This document shows, piece by piece, positions 13,693-23,343 of a stretch of 30,270 nucleotides of DNA. This DNA comes from a virus. Taxonomy: Duplodnaviria; Caudoviricetes. The notes below the pieces were generated by a model. That model did no database searches. It worked only from the letters and a program-made list of their open reading frames with translations, and was not told the DNA's origin. The position numbers and the translations under genes are program-made. The stretch's first letter is position 1. Every line of letters starts with the position of its first letter. The DNA lies in the IMG/VR virus record IMGVR_UViG_3300033067_000104, positions 1 through 30,270 of that record. One strand, given 5' to 3'.

Positions 13693-14280
13693 ATGAAACA
13701 TTACACATACATCCATAGATGCAAAGATGACATAAGCAGAGTCTTTTACGTTGGCAAAGGTTCTGGAGGTCGTATGAACTCTTTGTCGCATAGAAGCAAC
13801 CACTGGAAAAGCATTGCTAATAAGCATGGTGTCATTACAGAGAAAGTTGCTTCTTGGAAGACGCATCAAGAAGCCCTTGAGCATGAAAAGTTTTTAATCT
13901 TTTGCTTTAGAAGCATGGGATTTAAGCTATGCAATATGACTGATGGTGGAGAAGGTGTAACTGGATATGTGCCAACTGAAGAACACAGGAAAAGAACATC
14001 TGAAAGGATGAAAGGATATGTTCCAACTAAAGAAGCAAGAAAAAAGATTTCTCAATCTAAGATTGGAAATAAGGCAAGGTTGGGAACAAAAAACTCAGAA
14101 AAACACAAAGCTATTACAGCCTTAATCTGGAAAGGTAAAAAACTTTCAGAAGAACACAAAATGAAATTATCTTTGGCAAAACTTGGTAAAAAACTAAGTG
14201 ATGCAACAAAGAAGAAAATGTCAAATGCACAACACAACAGGAGAAAAAATGAAGACCGAAATTATCAATTGTTTCCATAA
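13693..14280 (+). CDS. Free-standing GIY-YIG-type homing endonuclease with NUMOD3 repeats
   Basis: YTYIH...FYVGKG, conserved R and E residues, NMTDGGEG, then repeated (T/S)EEHR/KxK(I/L)S motifs. Visibly more AT-rich than its flanks. Confidence 0.85.
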   Translation: MKHYTYIHRCKDDISRVFYVGKGSGGRMNSLSHRSNHWKSIANKHGVITEKVASWKTHQEALEHEKFLIFCFRSMGFKLCNMTDGGEGVTGYVPTEEHRKRTSERMKGYVPTKEARKKISQSKIGNKARLGTKNSEKHKAITALIWKGKKLSEEHKMKLSLAKLGKKLSDATKKKMSNAQHNRRKNEDRNYQLFP

Positions 14281-14572
14281 AGATTACGTCAAGACTTACA
14301 TGAAAGACTTTACAGCCAGCATCATGGTGCAGAATAAGCACAAGAAGTCTTCGCAGATGATGGCTGAGTACACTGAGGAGCTTCGCAAGACGAATCCTTC
14401 TCTTGGCACAATTCATCACATGGTCAAACCACTTCATGTGAATCGAGCGCCAGACATGATGCGTCCCAAGAAGAAAACCGCAAAAGAGAGAGTTGACTTG
14501 GCTCCCCGTGAGTTCAAGGTTTTTAGCAGAGCTGGCACAGCAAACGTCACATCGAAAGGAAAGAAGAAATGA
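14249..14572 (+). CDS. Hypothetical basic protein (107 aa)
   Basis: AGGAG RBS before ATG at 14249; ATGA overlap downstream. Confidence 0.65.
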   Translation: MKTEIINCFHKDYVKTYMKDFTASIMVQNKHKKSSQMMAEYTEELRKTNPSLGTIHHMVKPLHVNRAPDMMRPKKKTAKERVDLAPREFKVFSRAGTANVTSKGKKK

Positions 14573-14877
14573 GTTACGCAGAATATGAAATGAAAGTGGT
14601 GCAGTGGTCAGAATCTCGCAAGATCATTCCAAACAGCACACCAATGGCACAACTGTGCAAACTTGAAGAAGAAGTAAATGAGCTTCGTGATGCTTTGTTT
14701 GAAAACAACAGAGAAGAATCAATTGACGCAATTGGAGACTGTACCGTTGTGCTTATAAACATTTGCGCATTGCTTGACGTTAATCTGACTGATTGCTTGG
14801 CTCATGCTTACGAGCAGATAAAAAATCGCAAAGGTTATATGAATGAACAAGGATTGTTTATTAAGGAGACTGTGTAA
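14569..14877 (+). CDS. MazG-like NTP pyrophosphohydrolase
   Basis: QLCKLEEEVNEL...IDAIGD (ExxE...DxxD) and AYEQIKNRKG...GLFIKE. Confidence 0.88.
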   Translation: MSYAEYEMKVVQWSESRKIIPNSTPMAQLCKLEEEVNELRDALFENNREESIDAIGDCTVVLINICALLDVNLTDCLAHAYEQIKNRKGYMNEQGLFIKETV

Positions 14878-15011
14878 TGGGTAAAGGCAGCCAAGCGCGT
14901 CCGATTCCTGACCGCAAAACATTTGAATCAAACTTTGACGCAATCTTTGGCAAGAAAAAGAAGCCAGATGAAAAGCCAGAAGAAAAGAAAGAGGAGAAGA
15001 AACCAAAATGA
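14877..15011 (+). CDS. Small protein, 44 aa (MGKGSQARPIPDRKTFESNFDAIFGKKKKPDEKPEEKKEEKKPK)
   Basis: TAAGGAG RBS, with TAATG and ATGA overlaps. Confidence 0.7.
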   Translation: MGKGSQARPIPDRKTFESNFDAIFGKKKKPDEKPEEKKEEKKPK

Positions 15012-15265
15012 CAGACATCAATGAAACATTGGCGCAGCGCCAAGAGACTCATGGTGATTTTGCAACTCACGCTGAGATATGCCAATCTCTTAAAAACTCA
15101 ATTCAAATTCCAAATGGGTGGGGAAGGCTTCAATACGATCAACGCGAAGCATTAGACATGATTGCTCACAAGATTGCTCGTATCTTGAACGGCAATCCAA
15201 ACACGCATGACCACTGGCATGACATTGCTGGTTACGCAACTTTGGTGGCGAACAGATTGAAATGA
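15008..15265 (+). CDS. DUF6378-like protein
   Basis: L..R...HGDF, KIARI..G and DHWHDIAGYA motifs. Confidence 0.8.
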   Translation: MTDINETLAQRQETHGDFATHAEICQSLKNSIQIPNGWGRLQYDQREALDMIAHKIARILNGNPNTHDHWHDIAGYATLVANRLK

Positions 15266-15636
15266 AGTCAGTCCAGCGACCAAGGCTCATCAAAGCCATC
15301 ATGGATAAACCTTTGACGGCCACCGAAGTGTCGAAGGTTATTCATTGTCATGTACGCCACGCGAGAGCAATCTTGCGTGAGCTGTACCAGCGCAATCAGG
15401 TTTACATCCAAGAGTGGCATCCTGCTGAGTATCAAGGCATCCCAACTGCTGCTTACCGTTATGGCATTGGTGTTGACGCTGTGAAGCCAAGACCAATGAC
15501 CAGCACAGAGCGAGTGCAGAAGATGCGCGAGAAGGAAGATGTAGAGAAGAAAGCGTTTAGGCTGGCGCGTGAACGTCAGCTTAAACGTAAGATCAAACGC
15601 GACCCGTTGACGGCTGCGTTTTTTGGGTCAATCTAG
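15262..15636 (+). CDS. Putative winged-HTH DNA-binding protein
   Basis: PLTATEVSKVIHCHVRHARAILRELY is HTH-like; last gene of the plus-strand operon. Confidence 0.6.
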   Translation: MKSVQRPRLIKAIMDKPLTATEVSKVIHCHVRHARAILRELYQRNQVYIQEWHPAEYQGIPTAAYRYGIGVDAVKPRPMTSTERVQKMREKEDVEKKAFRLARERQLKRKIKRDPLTAAFFGSI

Positions 15637-16422
15637 AAGACCTTGAGACGCTTGATCTTTTTGTCTCTTGATTTCTTTTGCTTGTTCAATGTATGAATCA
15701 ACACTCATTGATCTTGGTGGTTTATTTTGCATCAATCCCTCTTTGATTGCTGTTTCTGATGCACCAATGTCAAACATCTTAGACGCCTGAAGTCTGTCAA
15801 TGATTTGACCGTCTTTAGTCATAAATAGATCACTATTGACTTCGGCGTCTTTTGGATAAATAAATCGACTTCCTTCTTTCCTTATAGCGCCTTCATATAT
15901 TGCTCTATTAAAAGCATCTGTATGAGTGTTACCAGTAAAGATACGATCTCCAATCAAAACAACAGCACTTTGAATTGGATTTCCTTCTCTAACAATGCTT
16001 GGTTGAACTGCATACATCGGCTGTGGCGTAATACCAGCCAGCAACCCACGGTCATAGACCATCGCTTCGTTCACGGCATTACCAGCCACACGACCAACAC
16101 CACGAGCCAAGTCAACAGGACCACGAGGATTCATCGCCGCACCCAACTGCTCCATACCAGCAGACTCACGGCGTGGTGCAGACACGCGAGGAATGTTGGA
16201 CAGGATTTGCTCAGTTGTTGGCGCTGCTGGCGCTGCTTGCAGCAAGCCTTGCACAGACTGTGGCAAGCGTGGTGTGATGTACTGACGCGCCAAGGCATTG
16301 ACATCACCAAGCAACCCAACTGGTGCAACAGCAAACCCACGACCTAAAGACTCTGCGTTGCTCAATGAGCCTCGCAAAGCGTCCATCAAAAGAGAATCTG
16401 AGTATGGGTTTTGTGTTGCCAT
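15628..16422 (-). CDS. Hypothetical protein at the end of the ejection-protein cluster
   Basis: Low-complexity Ala/Gly/Pro N-terminal half with GLL motifs, then a globular-looking C-terminal half. Confidence 0.7.
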   Translation of the reverse strand: MATQNPYSDSLLMDALRGSLSNAESLGRGFAVAPVGLLGDVNALARQYITPRLPQSVQGLLQAAPAAPTTEQILSNIPRVSAPRRESAGMEQLGAAMNPRGPVDLARGVGRVAGNAVNEAMVYDRGLLAGITPQPMYAVQPSIVREGNPIQSAVVLIGDRIFTGNTHTDAFNRAIYEGAIRKEGSRFIYPKDAEVNSDLFMTKDGQIIDRLQASKMFDIGASETAIKEGLMQNKPPRSMSVDSYIEQAKEIKRQKDQASQGLLD

Positions 16423-16425
16423 GAT

Positions 16426-18513
16426 TTATTGTCCGTTTTGTGGCATTGCCAAGTTGCTACCGATTTGGCCGCCAGTGAAACCACCGTAGCCAGCAGCCGC
16501 AGCGCGTGATGCGTTGAGACGCTTCATTGTCTCATTCAAATCAAGCAGTTTTTGCTGTTCGCGTGAAAGCAAGATACGACCAATCTCGTTACGCACTGGC
16601 TCTGGTGTCTGTACTTTGCTCATCAAAGATGAACCAGCAGAGATCATTGCTGGAACATTACCAGCGCCAGCAGCAGTTACGCCTTGCATCAATGGAGCAA
16701 CGTCCAAATCAGCAGCACCAGCCAAACGAGCAGCAGTCTGCGAACCACGACCTGCTGACTCCATGCCTTTGAGACGAGCCTCACGAGCAACATCAGCAGC
16801 AAACTTGCGGTAGTCATTACCGAAGATTTCACGCACACGATCTTGAGTCGCTGGCTCTTTCCACATCTTTAGCAACGAAGTCTGACCAGCCTCAGTACCT
16901 GTCTTTTGACGCAAGGCTTGCAAAGCACCAATGCGGTAAGCATCAACCTCTGCTGGTGTGAAGCCTTTGGTCAATTGCTTGATGTCCATGATGTCGCCTG
17001 TCAAGGCTTTGCGACCAGCTTCTGCTGCATCCATCATCTGTGAAGGACCAGCCCAAGTTTTCATGGCTTGCGTGTAAGCAGATTGGCCACCAACCTTTGG
17101 TGACTTTTCTTCTAATAACTTTACAAGACTGCTACGCACATCGTCGTAAGCATTGGCTTGTTGGCCACTGCCAGCACGTTTCAGAGTTTGAGCTGAGTCG
17201 TACAGTGATTGCTTCAAGGTATCCAGCACATTCATTGGGACTTGCTCACCAACCTTGAGCTTAGACAAGTCAAGCGTTTGACCTGTCTTAGTCTCAAACA
17301 GCAACTCAGCAGCACCTTGCGCACGTTTAGAGCGATTCAGTACGTCCATCAAGTTGTTGTCAACAGTGACAACAGCCTTATCAATCACATTGTAGAAAGG
17401 ACGCGATGCTGCTTGACGCTGTGCCGCAAATGTCTCAAGGCTTCCAAGGAAGTCAGCGCCTTGTGTACCAAGTGCAGTATCAGCAGCACCCATCAAACGA
17501 CCAGCACGACCTGCTTGGCGTTCACGGATAGCACGTTCTAATGTCTGCTTAGTCTCACCAGACAGCGTTGCAACTGTGTCCAACAACTGGCGTGTGTTAG
17601 CACCACCAACGTCAGCAATACGGGCTTCAGTACCGAGCTTGCCCATACGAGCCTGAGACATACCCAACGCGCTTTCCAGCAAGTCTGGTGGCGTGTCGCG
17701 CAGCAAGGCTTCAGCAACTTTCTGTTCAGCGTAACGACCAGCAGCCTTATCAGAGACGCGAGATACAACCTGACGGCCACCAGCACCAAGCACAGCCATC
17801 ACTGGTTGAGAGATAGCGCCAGCACCAGCACCAACTGCGCCTGACTTCAATACGTCTTTAGTGATGTCGCCAATTGATTCAGCCTCGGTTGAACCGAGTC
17901 CACCAATCAAGCCATAGCCAAGACCTGATGCGCCAGCTTGTGCAGCTCGTTGGCCAAGACCCATGACTTGACCAGCAGCAGGAGCGCCAGCTAAGTACTG
18001 GCCAGCTTTAGCGATTGCAGGACCGACATAAGGCTCTGCCATCTTGCCAGCAGCTTGAACACCTTTGGTGACAGCGCCAGTGGCAAGCAATGGCAAAGAT
18101 GCAGCAGTTTGACCAGCAGCAGACAGCCAAGGGCTTTCTTTACCAAACGATTCACCAGCACCGCGAACAATGTCACGACCTTGACGGTAAGCCTCAGTCA
18201 GTGGGATTCCTTGCTGAACTGCTTTAAATGGAGCTGATACAGCACCAGCAAACTCATCAAAGAATCCAAATGATGGTCCTTGCAACGCATTGATGAAGGC
18301 TCGTTCACCTTCATGCTTTGCAGCACCAGCTTGATAAGCAGGAGACTTCTGTTCAGCCAAGAACTTCAAGATTTCATTTGGCTGATACTGGTTCTTCAAT
18401 GCTTCATTGACTTTAGCGCCAACGTCAGGCATCTGAGCCAAGAACTGGACGATCTCATCGTCACCGTATCCAGCTTTACGAGCCTCAGAGATTTTCGTTT
18501 GTAGACCGTCCAT
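16426..18513 (-). CDS. Putative internal virion (DNA ejection) protein, 695 aa
   Basis: Ala/Gly-rich helical protein with ARKAGYGDDEI at the N-terminus; in the position of P22-like ejection genes. Confidence 0.7.
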   Translation of the reverse strand: MDGLQTKISEARKAGYGDDEIVQFLAQMPDVGAKVNEALKNQYQPNEILKFLAEQKSPAYQAGAAKHEGERAFINALQGPSFGFFDEFAGAVSAPFKAVQQGIPLTEAYRQGRDIVRGAGESFGKESPWLSAAGQTAASLPLLATGAVTKGVQAAGKMAEPYVGPAIAKAGQYLAGAPAAGQVMGLGQRAAQAGASGLGYGLIGGLGSTEAESIGDITKDVLKSGAVGAGAGAISQPVMAVLGAGGRQVVSRVSDKAAGRYAEQKVAEALLRDTPPDLLESALGMSQARMGKLGTEARIADVGGANTRQLLDTVATLSGETKQTLERAIRERQAGRAGRLMGAADTALGTQGADFLGSLETFAAQRQAASRPFYNVIDKAVVTVDNNLMDVLNRSKRAQGAAELLFETKTGQTLDLSKLKVGEQVPMNVLDTLKQSLYDSAQTLKRAGSGQQANAYDDVRSSLVKLLEEKSPKVGGQSAYTQAMKTWAGPSQMMDAAEAGRKALTGDIMDIKQLTKGFTPAEVDAYRIGALQALRQKTGTEAGQTSLLKMWKEPATQDRVREIFGNDYRKFAADVAREARLKGMESAGRGSQTAARLAGAADLDVAPLMQGVTAAGAGNVPAMISAGSSLMSKVQTPEPVRNEIGRILLSREQQKLLDLNETMKRLNASRAAAAGYGGFTGGQIGSNLAMPQNGQ

Positions 18514-18523
18514 GATCTAGTCC

Positions 18524-19702
18524 TTAGTTTTGTGGTTGTGCGCCGAAGATGCTGCCCAATGGCTTGCGTTGTTGGCCACCAGAGCCTTGCATTACTGATG
18601 GCAGTTTTGCTGGTGCGCCAAGAGCTTTGTTTGCATCAAGATTGTATTTGCTGCCGAAGTCAGCGTACTCATTGCGCTTCGTGTTGTATGTCTGTCCAGC
18701 AGCCACATACAACTCGTTTGCAAGGTTTTCAAAGTCTTGACGTTGTGCTGGTGTGAGCTTTGTTCCTTGAGTCCAGTTTGTAACGTAGTTCTGCAAACGG
18801 TCCATCTTGCCAGTTGCAGCCATAGCGATGCCAAGTTCAGATTCACGCACCACCGAGCCAGGGTCCAGCAGCTTCATAATCTTAGTGGCAGCAGCAACAT
18901 CACCGATTGGGTTCTCTTGCTTCAGTGAAGATTTAACTTGCTTGTATGCTGTTTGCATATCGTTAAAGTCTTTGTAGATTGGCTCACCAGAGAACATTGA
19001 TTTGAGCTTTGACTCATTCTCAAAGCCCTTTTGCCCTGCGCCCATATCGACATTGATTGCACCAGCTCTGCGATAGCCTTGAAGTGCATTGATGCCTTCT
19101 TGACCAGTGCCTTGCAACTTACGGCCAGACACATACTCCAAAGCGCGAATGTCTGATGGCACTTCAGCGTTTGGTTTGATCTTGTACGCTTGCTCCAAAA
19201 ACTTGCTTGCGTCTTCAACTTGACCAGCATTGAAAGCGATCTGATAGTTACGCATTGCTCGCGCATACATCATGTCTTGCTCATTCATTGGAGCTGGTTG
19301 TGGAGTTGCAATTGCTTGCTGTTGTGGAGTCAGTTGAACACCAGCTTGTGGCATTGCTGTTGGCGCTGAACCTTCAGGTGGAACCATGCCACCAGCCAAG
19401 GCTTGACGGTATTGGCCAAGACGCTTTGCTTCTTCCAACTTCTGACGTGCCATCAATGTCTGAACTGCACCTTGTTGCGCCTGAGAATACCCTTGCTGTC
19501 CTGCTTGCAAAGCACCGCCAAGTGCTTGGCCAAGAGAGATAGGACGCGCACTAGGACCGCCAGCTTGCATTAAAGCTGCTGCTGCTTGCAGCATTGCTTG
19601 GTTTTGGATACCTTGAGTCTGTTGTGGTGTCAGATATTCTTCAAGGCCAGAGCCGCCCATGCCAAAGAGTAAACCACCGAAATCTTGAGCTGTTGCCATC
19701 AT
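18524..19702 (-). CDS. Putative internal virion (DNA ejection) protein, 392 aa
   Basis: Gln/Ala/Gly-rich N-terminus, DPGSVVRESE motif and synteny. Confidence 0.7.
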   Translation of the reverse strand: MMATAQDFGGLLFGMGGSGLEEYLTPQQTQGIQNQAMLQAAAALMQAGGPSARPISLGQALGGALQAGQQGYSQAQQGAVQTLMARQKLEEAKRLGQYRQALAGGMVPPEGSAPTAMPQAGVQLTPQQQAIATPQPAPMNEQDMMYARAMRNYQIAFNAGQVEDASKFLEQAYKIKPNAEVPSDIRALEYVSGRKLQGTGQEGINALQGYRRAGAINVDMGAGQKGFENESKLKSMFSGEPIYKDFNDMQTAYKQVKSSLKQENPIGDVAAATKIMKLLDPGSVVRESELGIAMAATGKMDRLQNYVTNWTQGTKLTPAQRQDFENLANELYVAAGQTYNTKRNEYADFGSKYNLDANKALGAPAKLPSVMQGSGGQQRKPLGSIFGAQPQN

Positions 19703-19709
19703 TTACCCC

Positions 19710-20663
19710 TTACATGAAACCGAGAAGACCACCAGCCAAAGCACCGTAGCCAGCTCCTGTTGAGCCGCCAATCATGTTGCCAAGCATACCGCCTGACAAT
19801 GCACCGCCAAGAGCTGATGCAGATGTGTTTTTGTAGATTGGTGTAGTCTGAGTACCACCAAGATTTGCTGGTTGCAATCCCAAAGCAGCCTGAGAAACGC
19901 CAAGACGCTCCAAGCCAAGGTTGCGAGCTGCATCCAGCTTTTGCTGTTCGTATTGGCGACGAGCTTCTTCTTGTTGCAATGCAAGCTGCTGAGCTTGAGT
20001 GAAGCCTTGTGAGCGCAACTGAGCGGCAGTGCTTGCTGCTGTACGGTCAAAAGCCTCATTGGTCAAAGCCTCTGCAACGCCTTGGCGTGAACCACCAAAG
20101 GCTTTAGCTTGCACAGCGGAAGCGCGATCACGCAATTGCTGCTGTTGACGTTGACGCTCGATGTCACCCATAGAAGCATCAATGACTTGTTGCTGGTATG
20201 GGTTCATGTACTGCTGAACCATGTTTGTGCTGTACTCAGGGAAAGCAGCGAATTGACGCTGACCTAAGTTGCCAGCAGTTGCGCGAGCTTCTTCTAAGTT
20301 TCGCAGATACGCAGCCTTCATTTGTGGGTCAATGCCAGTTGTTGATGTGGATGAAGTTGGGGTGTTGCTACCAAGACCACCGCCAAGGGCTAAAGCCCCT
20401 GCGCCTAGACCTAATGCTTGACCAGTTGACAACCCACCTAATGCGCCACTGAGCAAACCACCAGCAGCAGGGCTTGTTGCCCATGCTCCACTGGCTTCGC
20501 CAAGCAATTCAGGCGCAGCGCCACCAAACAAACTAGCTCCACCTTCACCCATTAAATATGGAGCGCCAAAGTAAGCACCAGCACCGAGCATTGCTGCTTT
20601 GCCTAAATCAGAACCAGCAACATCTTTTACGGTATCAACAACATCACTTACAACGCCACCCAT
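19710..20663 (-). CDS. Putative DNA pilot/ejection protein
   Basis: Start reassigned to ATG at 20663, after AGGGG. Gly-rich hydrophobic ends with YMNPYQQQV and AFGGSR motifs. Confidence 0.7.
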   Translation of the reverse strand: MGGVVSDVVDTVKDVAGSDLGKAAMLGAGAYFGAPYLMGEGGASLFGGAAPELLGEASGAWATSPAAGGLLSGALGGLSTGQALGLGAGALALGGGLGSNTPTSSTSTTGIDPQMKAAYLRNLEEARATAGNLGQRQFAAFPEYSTNMVQQYMNPYQQQVIDASMGDIERQRQQQQLRDRASAVQAKAFGGSRQGVAEALTNEAFDRTAASTAAQLRSQGFTQAQQLALQQEEARRQYEQQKLDAARNLGLERLGVSQAALGLQPANLGGTQTTPIYKNTSASALGGALSGGMLGNMIGGSTGAGYGALAGGLLGFM

Positions 20664-20664
20664 A

Positions 20665-20982
20665 TCATTCCCCTTTGTCACGTCTTGAGACGTAAATGTA
20701 AGCCCTAGAGCCATCCAGTAAATCTATTTGACATTGCTCTGTCCATCCGAATGTCTCGGCAAACTTCTTGAGCTTGATGTCGTCTTCACGAATCAACGCA
20801 ACAATCTGATGTCCCACCAGATCAAGCAATTGATTCACATCTTTTGCATATTCTCTTTTGGTGTCTGCTGACCACTTCAGAATGTCAGTGTGAAACCATA
20901 AATTGTTGTCAAAGAACTCCAGATACATCGTGTAATCCTTGCGGATACACACTGGCACTTTCCCTGCTTTCAACTCTTGCAT
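20665..20982 (-). CDS. Small protein, possibly GNAT-like, between the tail and ejection genes
   Basis: Size and position match such genes in P22-like phages; KKFAETFGW resembles a GNAT C-terminal motif. Confidence 0.5.
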   Translation of the reverse strand: MQELKAGKVPVCIRKDYTMYLEFFDNNLWFHTDILKWSADTKREYAKDVNQLLDLVGHQIVALIREDDIKLKKFAETFGWTEQCQIDLLDGSRAYIYVSRRDKGE

Positions 20983-21021
20983 CAATTTTAGTCTCTTGGC
21001 GGGTCAATAGCGCACACGCGC

Positions 21022-22503
21022 TTATCGACCACCAGAAGCAACAGCTTCCAAACGGGTTACGCCAACACGCCAATCAGACAAGACGTTGCCTGTATAACGA
21101 ACTTTGACCTGACGAGCTGAGAAACGTACATCAGTTGGCTGAGATGCTGTGTATGGGCCAAACGTAGATTCATCTGACGTTGGATACATTCGAGTCTTAA
21201 ATGACACCACGACCTCACCCAAAGTCTGTTCATCAGGGATGACCTGACGCACTGACATCACAGTGTCACCAGCTCCAACCTCAATCGGTCCAGTCTCAGC
21301 GTAAACAGAAGCGCCACCGTAGTCATATCCGACTTCGTGTTCATAAACGTATCCGTCAGTAGACACCATCAAAGGATTAGAGAAAACCCCACGATCAGTC
21401 CCAGCAGTGCGAGCCATAGAGCCAATTGCCCAATGACCTTCACGGTAGTTATATGTGACGTAAGAATCATTCTCATTTGATGAAGATGACGGGTAGAACC
21501 AAGTGATTTCACCGTACTTACTGTTGTGAACAGCGTAAATCTTGCTGGCTTGCGTGTAGTTGATGTTGTTGAATACATAGTCACCAACATCAGATGGCAA
21601 AGGCTTTACGTAACCGTCATATATCCAAAAGCCAGAACGAGACATCCACATCGCAGCCGTGTCGATTGCAGCCACAGCCTGTGACGAGATCACACCACAG
21701 CCTGAGCCTACCTTCTCAAACGAGTAGACGTATGGAGCGCCAATGTATGCAGATGCGTGAACATCAACGTCAGTAAAGAGTAAGTTCAAGCCACGAACAC
21801 GCTTACCGCACTTCAATGAGCCAACAGTAGCCAATTCAAAGTCACCAGCCTGATTGGTGGTGGAAGCTGTCCAAACTGTATTGTTTTCTTGATCGCACCA
21901 AGCCACTTTACGTGGGTTACCTGATGCGCCAAGAGCAAAGATGAATCGTTCAGCAGTTGACATCACAGCAGCGCAAGACGTTGGTGCATTGGTGATTGCT
22001 GCTGCAAGTGTAGGCGTTGAGAAGCCCAACTGCCACTCGTACAACTTGCCGTCAGCATCACAACAAGCAACTAAGTATTCACCCCAAGTGTCCATTGTCC
22101 ATGTGGCTGCTGGTGTCAACGAGCCTAAGTCTGGACGAGCAACACCAAAAGCAGATGAGCCGTAAGTGCCATAGCCATAACCCAACTTAGAGACGGCATC
22201 AGCAGAGCCTGTGGTAAACCCTGACGGCGTGATGTCCTTCAAAGTACCAGCCTCATTCATGGCGTACAGCTTTGAGTTTGTACCCGCAGCAATCCAACGA
22301 TCTGATGAGTTATCACGCCAAGCGATAAGGCCACGGCATGAACCCGTCATTTGGCTTGATGAGCGTTTACGCCATCCACCCAAAGGACGCAAAGTACCTT
22401 CAAACCAGCGAACTAGGTTTGAGTCAAAGTAACGCCCAGCAGATTGATACTCAGTGCCATTGCGGTACACGCCAGCAGGGATTTTGAGAGGAATTAGTGA
22501 CAT
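21022..22503 (-). CDS. Tail tubular / packaged-DNA stabilization protein (P22 gp10-like)
   Basis: 493 aa, Trp/Gly/beta-rich and propeller-like. Motifs AWCDQEN, GCGVIS, EITWFYPS and YNYREGHW; synteny agrees. Confidence 0.75.
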   Translation of the reverse strand: MSLIPLKIPAGVYRNGTEYQSAGRYFDSNLVRWFEGTLRPLGGWRKRSSSQMTGSCRGLIAWRDNSSDRWIAAGTNSKLYAMNEAGTLKDITPSGFTTGSADAVSKLGYGYGTYGSSAFGVARPDLGSLTPAATWTMDTWGEYLVACCDADGKLYEWQLGFSTPTLAAAITNAPTSCAAVMSTAERFIFALGASGNPRKVAWCDQENNTVWTASTTNQAGDFELATVGSLKCGKRVRGLNLLFTDVDVHASAYIGAPYVYSFEKVGSGCGVISSQAVAAIDTAAMWMSRSGFWIYDGYVKPLPSDVGDYVFNNINYTQASKIYAVHNSKYGEITWFYPSSSSNENDSYVTYNYREGHWAIGSMARTAGTDRGVFSNPLMVSTDGYVYEHEVGYDYGGASVYAETGPIEVGAGDTVMSVRQVIPDEQTLGEVVVSFKTRMYPTSDESTFGPYTASQPTDVRFSARQVKVRYTGNVLSDWRVGVTRLEAVASGGR

Positions 22504-22515
22504 TGTCTTTACTCT

Positions 22516-23166
22516 TTATGGGGGAGTTGGTAGTGTCGCAGGGAGTGGCGCTACGAAGTTGACAGCAAGCACTGCTGCTGGAATACCAGTATGAGGAGAA
22601 GTCGCAGCAGTGGCTTCAAGGGTAAGACCTGTCGAATCCCCTGCCCAACGCAACTTAACGTAAGAACCAGCCTGTACGTCAATGCTGAAGTTCCAGTTAA
22701 TCGACATATGCTGATCTGCACCAGACAAGGTGTTCTGCCTTGTGGTGTAACCGATGTCAGTGCCATCACGGTTAATTATCAGGTAAATCTGCTTGACTGA
22801 TGCGCTGTTTGACTTAGCTTGTCCAGAGAACTGGAAGTTATAAATACCACCAACAGCACAAGTGATCTTGCTTGAGTCAACAACGCTTATTCCGTTGTTT
22901 AGGTACGTCTCATTGAATGTGATGTCGTACTTGGTGTTAATTAAAGCCAGACTTTGGCTAGTAGTGCTGAAGAACAAGCCGTTTGGTGAATCAATATACT
23001 GAGCGCCAGCAGGACCAAACAAAGCAGCAAAAGAGTTGATGACCTTCAAAAAGAAGGTACGCAAAACAGCATTAGTCTGAGCAAAAGACATCCTGTCGTA
23101 CCGCTCTTGCGGGTTAGGCAAGTCAGGTAATGCTGGTGTACTTAGTTGCTGCTTTACGTTTGACAT
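22516..23166 (-). CDS. Putative virion structural protein with a C1q/BclA-like jelly-roll C-terminus
   Basis: ITFNET..NGI...ITC..GGIYNFQFSGQ...GSYVKLRW pattern. Confidence 0.6.
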   Translation of the reverse strand: MSNVKQQLSTPALPDLPNPQERYDRMSFAQTNAVLRTFFLKVINSFAALFGPAGAQYIDSPNGLFFSTTSQSLALINTKYDITFNETYLNNGISVVDSSKITCAVGGIYNFQFSGQAKSNSASVKQIYLIINRDGTDIGYTTRQNTLSGADQHMSINWNFSIDVQAGSYVKLRWAGDSTGLTLEATAATSPHTGIPAAVLAVNFVAPLPATLPTPP

Positions 23167-23227
23167 AGCCTATATTTTCGCTGAAATTATGTGTTTGTGG
23201 CGATGTCTTTAATGTATAGTCAATTCA

Positions 23228-23341
23228 TTGCTGGGGAGCAATAAATCTAGTAGGCCCACAAGGGCAGTCTGCATCGTACTAGCGATGTCTCCCCACGGCG
23301 CAAGCCGAGACTGTCCCTGTGGGCTTTTTGCTGGGGAGCAA
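23228..23341 (+). repeat. 14-bp direct repeat TTGCTGGGGAGCAA flanking the c4-like RNA (antisense target sites)
   Basis: Exact copies at 23228-23241 and 23328-23341; the second copy contains the RBS of the HNH gene. Confidence 0.85.
23254..23324 (+). ncRNA. c4-like antisense RNA (three-stem junction)
   Basis: Outer stem 23254-23270/23308-23324; hairpin GCAUCG-UACUAG-CGAUGU; linker CUCCCCA; hairpin CGGC-GCAA-GCCG with a GNRA loop. Loop and linker are complementary to flanking sites. Confidence 0.75.
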
Positions 23342-23343
23342 AA

